This document shows positions 63,798 through 64,000 of a stretch of 64,000 nucleotides of DNA, piece by piece. The notes beneath the pieces were generated by a model that searched no databases, had not been told where the DNA came from, and worked only from the letters and a program-made list of their open reading frames with translations. The position numbers were made by a program, and so were the translations under genes. Origin of the DNA: Phoronis australis (lineage: Eukaryota; Animalia; Phoronida); NCBI GenBank assembly GCA_002633005.1, contig NMRA01000137.1, positions 620,001 through 684,000 of the forward strand, read 5' to 3'. Every line of letters begins with the position of its first letter. The first letter of the stretch is position 1.

Positions 63798-64000
63798 TCC
63801 GACTTTTATTCACATGCACTAATTATGACTGTTGCTGTAATGTCATAACAGTAACGTTTGCAAATGCAAAACCTGGTTCCTTCTCACCAGTTACAAGCAA
63901 TAACAATTAACCAAGATTTGAACTTACATCAGCCTGCATAAGGAATCCACACTAACACAATATACCAGCACAGTTATTAATTACATTTTGTACTTGCTCA

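Noticed and set aside
1-64000. Su(H)/CSL GTGGGAA sites as a Notch-responsive cluster
   Set aside because: Only a handful are scattered over 64 kb, about the number expected by chance, and no paired-site arrangement was seen.

Overview
This is AT-rich (roughly 36-38% GC, judged by eye) animal genomic DNA, not prokaryotic. It looks like an invertebrate, possibly a deuterostome, but that is only a guess. The only convincing coding sequence is two in-phase + strand exons (58737-58978 and 62508-62646) of a PDZRN3/PDZRN4/PDZD4 (LNX3/4/5; Drosophila Slip1) family gene. They encode the C-terminal half of the first PDZ domain and the linker leading to the second PDZ domain. The preceding ~58.7 kb appears to be one very large intron, or an upstream region holding alternative first exons. 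It is filled with non-autonomous DNA transposons (Kolobok-like, hAT-like, Harbinger-like, Tc1/mariner-like, and a young MITE with perfect 83-bp TIRs), an abundant ~200-bp dispersed repeat, tandem duplications and several enhancer-like motif clusters. Almost all ORFs in the supplied track look like noise. No rRNA, tRNA, CRISPR array or autonomous transposase was found. The most interesting leads are candidate alternative 5' exons near 53.9-54.2 kb and a conserved TQT (LC8-binding-like) motif in the protein.
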